Below are positions 31,086 to 42,403 of a stretch of DNA of 64,000 nt, in pieces. The DNA comes from an uncultured delta proteobacterium (GTDB lineage Bacteria > Myxococcota > Myxococcia > Myxococcales > Myxococcaceae): NCBI GenBank assembly GCA_963771175.1, contig CAVYSY010000027.1:1-64000 (forward strand), given 5' to 3'. A program made the position numbers and the translations under genes. The notes under the pieces were generated by a model. The model was not told the DNA's origin, did no database searches, and worked only from the letters and a program-made list of their open reading frames with translations. Positions within the stretch are counted from its first letter, which is position 1. Each line of letters opens with the position of its first letter.

Positions 31086-32543
31086 ATGCGGCGAGCGACT
31101 CGAGCGATGCGGTGGATGGCCCTGGGCCTGGCACTCGGGACGACGGCCTGCCGCCGGACGGCGCCGCCGCCCCCCGAGAACGTGGAACCCCAGGACGCGG
31201 TGGCCTTCGTGGACGTGAACGTGGTGCCCATGGACTCCGAGCGCCTGCTCGCCCACCAGACGGTGGTGGTGAGTGGAGGTCGCATCCTGGCGCTGGGGCC
31301 GGTGGGCTCCACGCCAGTGCCGGTGAGCGCGGTGCGCATCGAGGGCCAGGGCCGCTACCTGATGCCCGGGCTGGTGGACATGCACCTGCACCTCGTGCCG
31401 GGGGTGGGCGAGCCGGAGGACCCCGCGGGCCAGGTGCTCGCGCTGCTGCTGGCCAACGGCGTCACCTCGGCGCGGGCGCTGGGCGGCCCCAAGGACACCG
31501 CGTTGAAGGTGCGCGACCGGGTGGCGCGCGGCGAGGTGCTGGGGCCCACGCTGTGGGTGGCGGGCCCCTCGCTCCACGGCAAGTCGGTGCAGGGTCCGGA
31601 GCAGGCGCGCCAACGGGTGCGCGAGGACAAGGCGGCGGGCTACGACGGGCTGAAGACTCATGGCTATTTGGGCCGCGAGACGTACGACGTGATGGTGGCC
31701 GAGGCGCGCGCGCAAGGCCTCCAGGTGAGCGGCCACGTGACACCCGACGTGGGGCTCTTCCACGCGCTGGAGTCGGGACAGCAGGTCGAGCACCTGGACG
31801 GCTACCTCAACGAGCTGCTGCCCGAGAACGACGCCGCGCGGGCCGAGGTGGGCCAGGTGGAGGTGGGCGACGCGCTGGACCGGATGGACCCGGCGCGCAT
31901 CCCCGCGCTGGCGGAGGCCACGAAGAGGGCGGGCGTGTGGAGCTCGCCCACGCTGGACCGCTTCGAGACGGTGACGAGCCCCGAGGGCGTGGAGCCGCTG
32001 CGCGCGCGTCCGGAGCTGCGCTACGTGCCACGGGCGGCCGTGAAGGCGTGGACGCGGATGGTGTCGAGCGACCCGCGAATGACCGGGGTGTCGGCGGAGC
32101 GCAAGCGCAAGTTCGCCGAGCTGCGGCGGCAGGTGACGCGCGAGCTGTACGCGGCGGGGGCGAAGCTGCTGGTGGGCTCGGACTCGCCGCAGCTCTTCAT
32201 GGTGGCGGGCTTCGCGATGCACCGGGAGATGGAGGCGCTGGCGGCGGCGGGGGTGCCCACGTACGGGGTGCTGGAGGCGGCCACGCGCAACCCGGCGGAG
32301 TACCTCGGCGAGGCGGACACCTGGGGCACGGTGGCCGAGGGCAAGCGCGCGGACCTGCTGCTGTTGGACGCCAACCCGCTGGAGGACGTGAAGCACACGC
32401 GCGACCTCGCCGGGGTGATGGTGCGCGGGCACTGGCTGCCGCGGAGCGAGCTGGGCGCGCTGCTGGAGCGCACGGCCGTGGCGGCGAACGCGCCTCCCCC
32501 GGTGAAGAAGCGCATGGCCACCGCCACGTCGCCGGTCCCATGA
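31086..32543 (+). CDS. Amidohydrolase family lipoprotein
   Basis: LMPGLVDMHLH, GVT, SGH, EH, GSDSP, GKRADLLLLDANPL. Confidence 0.9.
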   Translation: MRRATRAMRWMALGLALGTTACRRTAPPPPENVEPQDAVAFVDVNVVPMDSERLLAHQTVVVSGGRILALGPVGSTPVPVSAVRIEGQGRYLMPGLVDMHLHLVPGVGEPEDPAGQVLALLLANGVTSARALGGPKDTALKVRDRVARGEVLGPTLWVAGPSLHGKSVQGPEQARQRVREDKAAGYDGLKTHGYLGRETYDVMVAEARAQGLQVSGHVTPDVGLFHALESGQQVEHLDGYLNELLPENDAARAEVGQVEVGDALDRMDPARIPALAEATKRAGVWSSPTLDRFETVTSPEGVEPLRARPELRYVPRAAVKAWTRMVSSDPRMTGVSAERKRKFAELRRQVTRELYAAGAKLLVGSDSPQLFMVAGFAMHREMEALAAAGVPTYGVLEAATRNPAEYLGEADTWGTVAEGKRADLLLLDANPLEDVKHTRDLAGVMVRGHWLPRSELGALLERTAVAANAPPPVKKRMATATSPVP

Positions 32544-32564
32544 TGGGGTGAACGGGAGGGACAC

Positions 32565-32978
32565 ATGGCACGCATGGACAGCTTCGTGGAATACACCCTG
32601 GAACTGCTGGAGCCCCTCGGCTCCGTGCTGGCGCGCGCCATGTTCGGCGGGTGGGGCCTGTATCAGGGCGGGAGGATGTTCGGCCTGATCATCGAGGACC
32701 GGCTCTACCTGAAGACGGACGACGCCACGCGCCCCGACTTCGAGTCCGCGGGGGGCGAGCCCTTCGTCTACGACGCGGGCAAGGGTCGCAAGCCCGTCAC
32801 CATGTCGTACTGGACGCCTCCGCCGGACGCGAGCGACGACGCCCACCTGCTGCTCCCATGGGCCCGCCGCGCGGTGGAGGCCTCCCTGCGCGCCGCCCAG
32901 AAGAAGCCCGCCGCGAAGAAGAAGCAGGCCCCGAAGAAGAAGCCCGCCGCGAAGAAGCGCGCCCCTCGGCGCGCCTGA
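32565..32978 (+). CDS. TfoX/Sxy N-terminal domain protein
   Basis: RAMFGGWGLY, LYLKTD, PFVY, MSYW; Lys/Ala/Pro-rich tail. Confidence 0.88.
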   Translation: MARMDSFVEYTLELLEPLGSVLARAMFGGWGLYQGGRMFGLIIEDRLYLKTDDATRPDFESAGGEPFVYDAGKGRKPVTMSYWTPPPDASDDAHLLLPWARRAVEASLRAAQKKPAAKKKQAPKKKPAAKKRAPRRA

Positions 32979-33084
32979 CCGTCACCGGTCCAGTCAACCG
33001 GAGTGGAGCTGACGCGCCAGGACGAGCGGACGATGGCGACGCGTGGCAGGCTGCGGACCCTCAACCCCATACACGAGGGACTCC

Positions 33085-35272
33085 GTGCAACAGAGCCTGA
33101 AGCCGGCGATCGCCGCGCTGTCGCTGATGCTGCCCCTGACGTCACAGGCCAGTGCCAAGGGCGCCGTGCCCCCGCCGTCCGTCGCGGCGAAGAAGCCCGT
33201 GGTGGACACCTACCACGGCGTGAAGGTCGACGACCCGTACCAGTGGCTCGAGAAGAAGATCGACGACCCCGAGGTCCGCCAGTGGGTGGACGGGCAGACC
33301 GCGCACATGCGCGCGGTGCTCGACAAGCTGCCCTCGCGCGACGCCATCCGCGCGCGCCTCACCACGCTGATGACCCACAAGTCACCGGCTCACTTCGCCC
33401 TGGTGCGGAAGGGCGGCGTCTTCTTCGCGATGAAGTTCCAACCGCCCAGGCAGCAGCCCATGCTGGTGGTGCTGCCCTCGCTGGAGGACCCCTCCACGGC
33501 GCGCGTGCTGGTGGACCCGGTGGAGCTGGACCCGAGCGGAAAGACCACCATCGACTTCTTCGTCCCCTCGCCGGACGGCAAGAAGGTGGCCGTGTCGATG
33601 TCGAAGAATGGCACGGAGAGCGGTGACGTCACCGTCTACGACGTGGCCACCGGCAAGGTGCTGCCCGGCGAGGTGGTGCCCCGGGTGAACGGCGGCACCG
33701 CGGGCGGCAGCCTCACGTGGAACGGGGATGGCTCGGGCTTCTTCTACACGCGCTACCCGCGCGGCGAGGAGCGCCCGGCCGAGGACCGCGACTTCTTCCA
33801 GCAGGTGTACTTCCACAAGCTCGGCACGCCGACGGACACGGACACCTACGAGCTGGGCAAGGAGGCCCCGCGCATCGCCAACTACGAGCTCAAGACGTCC
33901 GAGGATGGCGCGTACGTGCTCGCCGTCCTGGGCAACGGCGACGGCGGCGAGTACTCGCTCCACCTGCGCGGGCCGCAGGGCACCTGGGCGCGGCTCTCGA
34001 CGTTCGAAGACAAGCTCATCGGCGCGGCCTTCGGGCAGGACGGTGCGCTCTACGCGCTCTCGCGCAAGGACGCGCCGCGCGGCAAGGTGCTGCGCATTCC
34101 GCTCGCCACGCCGTCGCTCGACAAGGCCACCGTCCTCGTCCCCGAGGGAGAGGCCTCCATCGCCGGCTTCCGCCCCACCGCCACCCGCCTCTACGTGATG
34201 GAGCAGCTCGGCGGCCCCTCGCGGATGCGCATGATGGGCCTGGACGGCAAGGACCTGGGCGTGGTGCCCACCCCGCCCGTCTCCTCCGCGGGCGGCGTGG
34301 TGCCCCTGGGCGGTGACGACGTGCTCCTGTTCAACAGCAGCTACACCGAGCCGCTCTCCGTGTACCGCTACGGCGCCAAGGACGGGAAGCTGGAGAAGAC
34401 GGCGCTGGGCCGCACCTCGCCCGTGGACACCCGCGACGTGGTGGTGGACCGCGTCATGTGCACGTCCAAGGACGGCACCCAGGTGCCGCTCAACATCCTC
34501 CACGCGCGCGGCGCGAAGCTGAACGGCAACAACCCCACGCTCCTCACCGGCTACGGCGGCTTCAACATCTCCCTCTCCCCGGGCCTCAACCCGCCTCAAC
34601 TTCGCCTTCATCGAGCAGGGCGGCGTGGTGGCCATCGCCAACCTGCGCGGCGGCGGCGAGTTCGGCGAGGAGTGGCACGCCAACGGCTCGCTGACGAAGA
34701 AGCAGAACGTCTTCGACGACTTCCACGCCTGCGCGAAGCTGCTGGTGGACAAGAAGTGGACGAAGCCCGAGCGCCTCGCCATCCAGGGCGGCAGCAACGG
34801 CGGCCTGCTCATGGGCGCGGCGCTCACCCAGCACCCGGAGCTGTACCGCACCGTGCTCGCGCACGTGGGCCTCTACGACATGCTGCGCGTGGAGCTCACG
34901 CCCAACGGCCAGTTCAACATCACCGAGTACGGGACGGTGAAGAACCCCGAGCAGTTCCAGGCCCTGTATGCCTATTCGCCCTACCACCAGGTGAAGGACG
35001 GGGTGAAGTACCCCTCGGTGCTCTTCACCTCGGGCGAGAACGACCCGCGCGTCGACCCGTTCCACTCGCGCAAGATGGTGGCCCGGCTGCAGGCGGCCAC
35101 GGGCTCCAAGCGCCCGGTGCTGCTGCGCACCAACAACATGGGCCACGGCCTGGGCACGCCGCTGGCCGAGTCCATCGAGGAGAAGGTGGACATCTACGCC
35201 TTCCTCTTCCACGAGCTGGGCATGAAGTACCGGCCGGTGGACGGCAAGGTGTCCGCCCCCGCGGCGAAGTAA
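33085..35272 (+). CDS. Secreted prolyl oligopeptidase (S9A), frameshift near 34595
   Basis: DPYQWLE, GYGGF, NLRGGGEFGEEWH, GGSNGGLL, DPRV, GHG. Confidence 0.93.
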
Positions 35273-35282
35273 CCCCGCGGAC

Positions 35283-35316
35283 CCGCTCCCCTCTGCCCGC
35301 CGTGGGAGGGGAGCGG
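35283..35316. terminator. GC-rich hairpin between convergent genes
   Basis: CCGCTCCCCTC..GAGGGGAGCGG inverted repeat 10 bp after the peptidase stop. Confidence 0.55.
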
Positions 35317-35366
35317 AGACCGCCCCGGGCCCCTCACGCGGTCCCACGCCCGGAGGAAGTGGGCCT

Positions 35367-35391
35367 CTTCTTCTTCTGCTCGCGCAGCTCG
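35367..35391. repeat. 25-bp direct repeat, left copy
   Basis: CTTCTTCTTCTGCTCGCGCAGCTCG; 23/25 identical to 37208-37232. Confidence 0.8.
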
Positions 35392-35399
35392 TCGTGCCC

Positions 35400-36421
35400 C
35401 GGGTCTCCTCGGAGACAGCCGAGCCGCGAGCGCATCGGGATTTCGTTGATCTTCGTGTGACCGCCGTGGGCTTTGGCATCACCGCGGGAGGGTATCTTCT
35501 CTACTGCGAGGGGTTGCCGCTGCCCGTGCTCGTCCCCGAGTCGCATGTCGATCTCGGACTCACGAACGCAGTGCCGCTGAATGCATCCATCTACCCGGAC
35601 CGGGAGTCGGCCCTGCAGAAGTGGCGGACAATGCCCACGGGTCAAGACACGCGAGGTACGCCTATTACCGTGGAGCAGGGGGCGCGCTCATCGTGCCCAC
35701 CCTCTTCTCTCCGGCCACCACCCCCCGCATTGCCCAGACGATGCTCGAGGTGCGCAAACACCTGACAGAAACACTCCAGCGCGAGCTGAAGGTCCTCTTG
35801 TTGAGCCTGACGGGGACCAGGGTTCTGCAGGGAGTCTTCTCGAGCGTGGTGCGAGTGGGCTCGGAGCCAGCACTCCGACCGCCCGCCCAGAACAGGGGAG
35901 TCGGGGGCGAAGCTCCGGCGCCGCGACAACCGGTGACACGAGCAGCTGCACCCGATCCACAACCCGCTCCCGCTCCGGCGCCAACGGCTCCTGCTCCCGT
36001 GCCGGGCGCACCCGCGCCATCGCGGGGATTGGTCCAGGCGCTCACTGGCAACAACCCGACCGGACAGGTGGCTCCTGGTCCGCGCCTGCCGCAGGATGCC
36101 GCAGTCAGCACGAAGGTGCCCGCGGTACGTCGGTTGGACCGGCCCATCGGCTCCAGCCCGGTCCAGAATGCGCAGGTCCAGGCGGACATCGACTACCTGC
36201 AAAACCTGGGTGCCACGAACATCCGGGTGAACCAGCAGCAAGTCACAATACGCAACGGCCAGCGAGTGGGAGTCAATCGGCCGGACCTGCAGTTCGACTA
36301 TAACGGCCGCCGCTACCATGTGGAGTACGACACGCCCAGCTCGGGCCGTGGCTCTGGTCACCAGTCACGCATCACGTCCAACGACCCGAACACGGAAACC
36401 ATCCTCTTGATCGTGCCCTGA
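35400..36421 (+). CDS. Polymorphic toxin fragment with restriction-endonuclease-fold C-terminus (5'-truncated, frameshifted)
   Basis: Pro/Ala linker, then IRVNQQQV..NRPDLQF..YHVEYD (PD-(D/E)xK-like); immediately followed by an immunity-like gene. Confidence 0.65.
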
Positions 36422-36437
36422 CGGGAAGGCGCAGCCG

Positions 36438-37167
36438 ATGACCGAGAACATGAAGGGACTGCTCCTTGATGACCGCTGGGCGCCCATCACTTCGGGAGAT
36501 GGGATTTCTGGAGACTGATGCGGAACATGCCGCTCGCGCCTTCGCGGCGTGGCAGGCAGGGCTGCAGGCGCCCCGTGGCATCGCCGTGGAAGTGCGCCCG
36601 GTCTCGGGCTCCCTGGAGCAGGCCCTCTCGTCCCTGCTGCCAATGACCAGTCCAGAGACACGGCGATACCTCTTCATTCCGACACGAAGCCCCTGGACGG
36701 CGTACGTCGAAAACGGGTGGGGCGGGACCGATGCCGCGAGCGCTATGTCCTACATGGCCCGGACACTTGGCTGCCGGGGCATGCGTGTGGTCGCCGTGCC
36801 CCACACCCTCCGGAAGGACAAAGGCCGCTATGGCGCCGTGATGCTTGAGGTGTACGGCCCACATCGGACAGCATGGCTCAACTACGTTCGGACCCTGGGC
36901 GCGTCCAATGACGGGGGCCGCTGGGTCTTCGACCAATCCGGCGAGCCCTTCCCCTTCGAGAAGCTGGAGCAGTACCAGGCACGCCGGGTGAGGGACCGGT
37001 TCACGTTCGACATGCTCAAGGAGTACCTGCGTCACCTGGGGCTGTCGCCCTTCGAGGAGGACTTCTACCTGCCGCAGGGCACCCCCGCCTGGCTGGTGGA
37101 GAAGACAGGGACGTTCGTCCCCGCTCAGACGGAGTACGCCCTGGCCCAGGCTCGGGAGCACTTCTGA
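36438..37167 (+). CDS. Putative cognate immunity protein, frameshift near 36495
   Basis: Starts 16 bp after the toxin stop (MTENMKGLLLDDRWAPITS/EMGFLE); aromatic-rich; WVFDQSGEPFPFE..Y..RRVRDRFT. Confidence 0.65.
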
Positions 37168-37195
37168 CACAGGGTCTGAAGGAACTTTCCTCGGC

Positions 37196-38724
37196 TCAGG
37201 CGCTCGGCTTCTTCTTCTGCTCACGCAACTCGCCATAGAGCGAGACGCGGCCGGCCACCGTGCCCGCAACCACGTTCTCCAGCGGGCGCAGCGCCCGAGG
37301 CAGCGGCAGCACCGCCCTCATTCGCCGCCGCACCTCGTCCTCCACCAGGCCTCGCAGCACCTCGGACTGCACCCGCCCCAGCGTGGCGGCCACCACGTAG
37401 GGCTCTGTTCCACGGGTGCCTCCTCCGGCCGCACCACCTTCATGTGGTGCACCGCCAGGTCATAGAAGCTCCGCCGCGCGCACTCGTCGTCCTCGAAGGG
37501 GAACTCCCCTCCGAGCGCCTTGCCCACGGCCAGCCCCGAGGTGAATGCCATCTCGTGCCCGGAGATGAGCCCCGTGTACTCCCCGCAAAAGTAGGTGCGC
37601 CGCTTGCCCTGGATGCGGTGCAGCTCCGACGAACGCACCGCATGCACCCCGTCGAATACCAGGTGCTGCCAGTGCTTCGTCTCCACCACCTTCGCCGGGT
37701 CGATCAGCCCCTCGGGCGGATTGCACGTGGCGAACAGGTCCTCGCCTCCCACCCAGTCCTGCAGGTCCGGCAGGTAGTAGTTGTAGTGCGCCCGCTCGAA
37801 GGGTCCCCGCGCCTCCGGCGTGACGTACGTGTACGCCGCCCACAGGCTCCGGTCCTCCGGCATTACCCGCGCATCCGTGTGCAGCACGATGGTCGCCGGC
37901 TCGTACTCCACCTCGCCGAGCAGCAGCGCCTCGTCCGAGGAGGGGTCGTCCAACAGCTTCAGCGCCGTGCCCGCCTCCGTGGCCAGGACCACCTGGTCGA
38001 ACCGGTGCACCGAGCCGTCCATGCACGTCAGCGTCACCCCGTCCCGCTCGCGGCGGATGGAGCGGACCCCACAGCCCGTGCGCACGCTCGATGCGAAGCA
38101 CGCGGACAGCCGCCGCACGTACTCGCGCGAGCCCTGCTTCACCGTGCGCCACGGCGTAGGCCCCACCAGCGAGTAGCCGCTCACCGGCCCGAAGGTGGCC
38201 GCCACCATGAACATCGACATCCGCAACAGGCCGATGCGCGTGACGAAGAGGACCGACAGCAGCGGCGCCAGCACCTTGTGCTTGAAGTCCTCCGAGTACC
38301 CCTCCTGCTCCAGGTACTGCTCCACCGTCAGGGGCATGTACTTCTTCGGGTGGGAGACGATCTCCGGCAGCGCGAGCTGGAAGCGGTCCACCTCGTGCCG
38401 AACGGACTCCCAGAACGCCGAGTCCCGCCCCGTGCGCCAGTGGCCACCCTGAAAATGGATGGACAGCTCCAGGCCCCGGCGCATCGGCTGCGTCTCCACG
38501 CCCAGCCGCCGGAAGAGCGCCGACAGGTTCGGATACACCCACTCGTGGTAGATGAGGAACCCGATGTCCACCGGCACCGTGCGGCCACCGCGCGTCACCT
38601 CCGCGGTGTGCGCATGGCCTCCCAGCACCGGCGACGCCTCGAAGAGCGTCACCTGATGCTGGCGGTTCAGGCTGTAGGCGGCGCCCATCCCCGCGATGCC
38701 GCCGCCCACGACGGCGACCTTCAC
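37196..38724 (-). CDS. FAD-dependent oxidoreductase (COG2907-like), probable frameshift near 37400
   Basis: VAVVGGGIAG, LGGHAHT, VDIGFLIY..YPN, IQGKRRTYFCG..GHE; GTG start overlaps the FAAL stop. Confidence 0.85.
37208..37232. repeat. 25-bp direct repeat, right copy
   Basis: CTTCTTCTTCTGCTCACGCAACTCG. Confidence 0.8.
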
Positions 38725-40473
38725 GCAGCCTCCTCCATCAGCGGCTGCAGGCTGCGCTCCAGGTACGCGCGCTTCGCGGCCTGCCGTTGAATCTTGCCGC
38801 TGGACGTCTTGGGGATGCTCCCCGGCTTGAGGAACATCAGGTCGTGCAGCCGGAGCTGGTACGCGTCGTTGATGGCCTGACGCACCGTGTCCGTCGCCGC
38901 CTGGACGTCGAAGGCCGCGCCGCCCTGCTGCTGCTTCGTGTCCACCTCCGCCACCACCACCAGCCGCTCCTCGCCCTCCACCTCCACCGAGAAGGCCGCG
39001 CCACACCCCGGCCGCACCGCCGGCAGCGCCGCCTCCACCGTCCACTCGAGGTCCTGCGGGTAGTGGTTCTGCCCGCCGATGATGATGAGGTCCTTCCTGC
39101 GGCCGGTGATGTACAGCAGCCCGTCTCGCATGAAGCCCAGGTCTCCCGTGCGCAGCCACGTGCGGGAGTCATCCCCGCGGATGCGCGCGCGGAACGTCTC
39201 CTCGGACAGCTCCGGCTTCCGCCAGTAGCCCTGCGCCACGCTGGGTCCATACACCCAGATCTCCCCCACTCGCCCCTCCGGCAGGGGGTCGCGGGACTCC
39301 GGCTCCACGATGGCCAGGCCGTAGCCCTCCTGGGACTCGCCGCAGGAGACGATCTCCGCGGCGTTGGCGTCGCCCGCGGGCAGCGGCACCACCCGGTCCT
39401 CCTTGAGGGCCTCCTTGTCCACGCTCAGCGTCACCACGCCGCGCCCCTGCGCGCCCGGCGCCTTCAGCGTCGCCTCCGCGAGGCCGAACACCGGGAAGAG
39501 CGCCGCCGGGGAGAAGCCCCGGGGAGCAGAACGTCTCGATGAAGCGCCGCATGGTGCCCGCGCGCACCGGCTCGGCGCCGCAGTACGCGCTGCGCCACGA
39601 GGACAAATCCAATGCGGCCAGGGCCTCCGGCGTCGCCTTGCGCACGCACAGCTCGTAGCCGAAGTTGGGCCCTCCCGAGTGCGTCACCTTGAAGGCCGTC
39701 ACCGCCTGGAGCCAGCGCAGCGGGTGCTTGAGGAAGTCCGCCGGGGACATCAGGTACACCGGGTAGCCCGAGTAGAAGCCCTCCATCAGCCCGTCCACGA
39801 GCCCCATGTCGTGGAAGGACGGCAGCCACGTCACCGAGCACGAGTCCTCGCCCAGCTTCACGCTGCCCTGGATGTGGGCGACGTTGGCCAGCAGGTTGCC
39901 GTGGCTCACCATCACCCCCTTGGGCGACGAGGTGGAGCCCGAGGTGTACTGAAGGAAGGCGAGCTGCTCGCTCCGGACGCTGGCCGGAGACTCCAGCGCC
40001 GTCACGCCCAGGTCCTCCTGGTCGGTGGCCAGCCACTTCAGCTCCGCCAGGCCGGGCACCTGCTCGGCGAAGGCCGCCGCCATGGCGCAGATGTCGACGG
40101 TGGACAGCACCACCTTCGGGCGGCAGTCCGCGATGATGCCCAGCAGCCGGCCCAGGGTGCGCTCCAGCCGGGTGGGGTCCGGCGGGTAGGCCGGCACCGC
40201 CACCGTGCCCGCGTAGAGGCAGCCCAGGAAGGCCTCCACGTATTCCGCCCCCTGGGGGTAGAGCAGCAGCGCGCGCTCGCCCTCCACGCCGTGGGCCTTC
40301 AGCAGCGCGGCGATGGTGCGGGCCCGTTGATCCAACCCCGCGTAGGAGTGCGCCTTGCGCTCCTCGGTGCCACGCACGATGAAGGTGAGGGCCCTGCGCT
40401 CCGGATGGCGCTCGGCGCGACGATGAAGGATTTGCGCGAGCGATGTCGCGCCCGAGATGCAGTCAGAAGCCAT
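38721..40473 (-). CDS. Fatty acyl-AMP ligase (FAAL), frameshift near 39525
   Basis: AFLQYTSGSTSSPKGV, WLPSFHDMGL, GPNFGY, GAEPV, GLAEATL, FAAL-type insertion, LRTGDLG, GRRKD, PKTSSGK. Confidence 0.92.
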
Positions 40474-40506
40474 GGGGGTACTCCAATCCGAGAGGAGGGG
40501 GGTTCT

Positions 40507-41673
40507 CTACTGACGGGGAGGAAGCGGCGTGCCGTCGTTGCCATCCGAGATGCCGATGGCATTGGCGTACTCCTCATATCCGGCGGCGGGCCGCTCCGCC
40601 TTGCCGGCGGCGAGCTGCTCCCGGAAGCGCGGCACCGCGTCCACGTAGGAGCGGACCACGCCCACCGCGCGCAGCAGGCGGATGAAGAGGAAGGCCATGT
40701 CGAGCTGCGACGGCACCAGCCGCAGGTTGGCCGAGCGGGGGAACTTGTGGTGGTTGTTGTGCCACTCGGAGGCGAAGACGCCGTAGAAGACCTGGTTGAG
40801 GGCCAGCGTCCGATCGTCGAACTCCCAGCCCGGCATCTTCGCCCGCGGCCACCAGCCACCATGGCCGACGAAGTTGAAGTCGCGGATGAGGCAGGTGACG
40901 AAGCACACCGCCGCGTACCAGGCCAGCACGCACGGCACGCCGCCCACCGCATACGCCAACCCGGCCCACAGCACCTGCGCGACGAGCATGCGCACCGCGA
41001 GATGCCCGGCGTGCTCCACCGTCCCCGTGCGCCGGAACTGCTCATAGGTGCTGATGGGAAAGCCGATGTGGCTCACCGTCCTCGCCAGGTGCTCGTACTG
41101 CACCGGCGTCATGTCGGTGTTGAGCTTCGTCACCGACTCGATGGCCAGGTAGCTGGCGAGGCGTCCCAGGTGCGGGCCGTACGGGTCCCCCACCCTATCC
41201 GAGCGCTGGTGGTGCACCCGGTGGGGAATGGCGTAGGTGTCCTCGCGGACGGTCATGCCGTTGAGCCACAGGAAGACGCGCGCCAGCCAGGGGTAGCGGA
41301 ACTCGAAGGCCTTGTGCGAGCAGTAGCGGTGCAGCCACGCCGTGTGCGTCACCGTGGCCAGGAAGAAGGCGGAGACGGAGAAGTAGAGGGCGCTCTTCCA
41401 CGACAGGTGCCAGCCCACGAACGCCACCAGGCACCCCATCGTCGACAGATGGAAGAGCACGTGCAGCGCGGCCGGCAGCCGGCGGAGGTCGGCGAGGAAG
41501 TTCACCGCGCTCCACCACTCGCGCAGCGCCTCGCCCACGGTGGGCTTCTTCGGCGTGCCCTCCGGTGTGGCCCACCCGAAGACAGGCTCCTGGAGGACCC
41601 AGCCCGCCTTGTTGCCCACGGGCGAGGACGGCTCCCCCTCCTCGGAGAGCAACCGCCGGGCCGCCTCAGCCAT
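40507..41673 (-). CDS. Membrane-bound fatty acid desaturase (Delta9/JamB-like)
   Basis: His boxes HRYCSH, HRVHH and HNNHH; TM segments. Confidence 0.88.
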   Translation of the reverse strand: MAEAARRLLSEEGEPSSPVGNKAGWVLQEPVFGWATPEGTPKKPTVGEALREWWSAVNFLADLRRLPAALHVLFHLSTMGCLVAFVGWHLSWKSALYFSVSAFFLATVTHTAWLHRYCSHKAFEFRYPWLARVFLWLNGMTVREDTYAIPHRVHHQRSDRVGDPYGPHLGRLASYLAIESVTKLNTDMTPVQYEHLARTVSHIGFPISTYEQFRRTGTVEHAGHLAVRMLVAQVLWAGLAYAVGGVPCVLAWYAAVCFVTCLIRDFNFVGHGGWWPRAKMPGWEFDDRTLALNQVFYGVFASEWHNNHHKFPRSANLRLVPSQLDMAFLFIRLLRAVGVVRSYVDAVPRFREQLAAGKAERPAAGYEEYANAIGISDGNDGTPLPPRQ

Positions 41674-42403
41674 TGGCCCAGCCCTCGCGCCAGCTCACGA
41701 TGCGCGCACCGCACACCTTCTCGAACTTGCGCTTCATCTGCAGCACGGTGGTGAAGTCGTTCTCCACCGCCACCGGCAGCTCGCACACGTGCCAGCCGTA
41801 GTGCTTGAAGTTGCTGGCTGCCCGCAGCACCTCGGGCTTCAGCTCCGGCTTGCGCTCCAGCAGCTTGGTGAGAATCTGGTAGCCGCCCTCCGCGTGGCGG
41901 AACTCGTCCACGGAGATGAAGTTCAGCAGCTTCGCCAGCACCTTCTCCTGGCACTGCGCCGCGAGCTGCCGGGCGAAATAGCCCGCCGCGTGCTCGGACC
42001 AGATGAAGTTCACCAGCTCCTGGACGGTGTCCTCGGGCTTGAAGTTGACGTGCTCGATGTTGCGCTTGCGGATCTCCACCAACTCCTCGTCGGTGATGCG
42101 CGGCTCGCAGCCCACGATGTCCAGGTAGCGCCGCAGGCTCCAGAAGTGCCGGAAGCCCTCGAAGCACTCCACCTGGAAGACCGAGGTGGCATCCACGTCC
42201 TCGTGGAGCAGCTTGATGAGCGAGACGGTGCCCAGCGCGTGGTAGGACTCGATGAGGGCCGTGCGCCGCACCTTGTCCAGGATGTCCGGCTGGCTCAGCG
42301 CGACCTCGCGGTCGATGTCCCCCCAGGGGATGTCCTTCTCCACGTTCCAGCGCGACTCCGACTTGGCGCCGAAGAAATCGTAATAGTAACGCTCCGTCGT
42401 CAT
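41666..42403 (-). CDS. Ferritin-like diiron enzyme
   Basis: W..DIPW N-terminus; E..EGFRH and E..DEFRH carboxylate/His pattern; ATGA overlap with the ligase. Confidence 0.8.
   Translation of the reverse strand: MTTERYYYDFFGAKSESRWNVEKDIPWGDIDREVALSQPDILDKVRRTALIESYHALGTVSLIKLLHEDVDATSVFQVECFEGFRHFWSLRRYLDIVGCEPRITDEELVEIRKRNIEHVNFKPEDTVQELVNFIWSEHAAGYFARQLAAQCQEKVLAKLLNFISVDEFRHAEGGYQILTKLLERKPELKPEVLRAASNFKHYGWHVCELPVAVENDFTTVLQMKRKFEKVCGARIVSWREGWANG

Noticed and set aside
33085..35272. Prolyl oligopeptidase as the RiPP leader peptidase
   Set aside because: It is ~29 kb from the precursor, is secreted, and the leader is of the double-Gly type.
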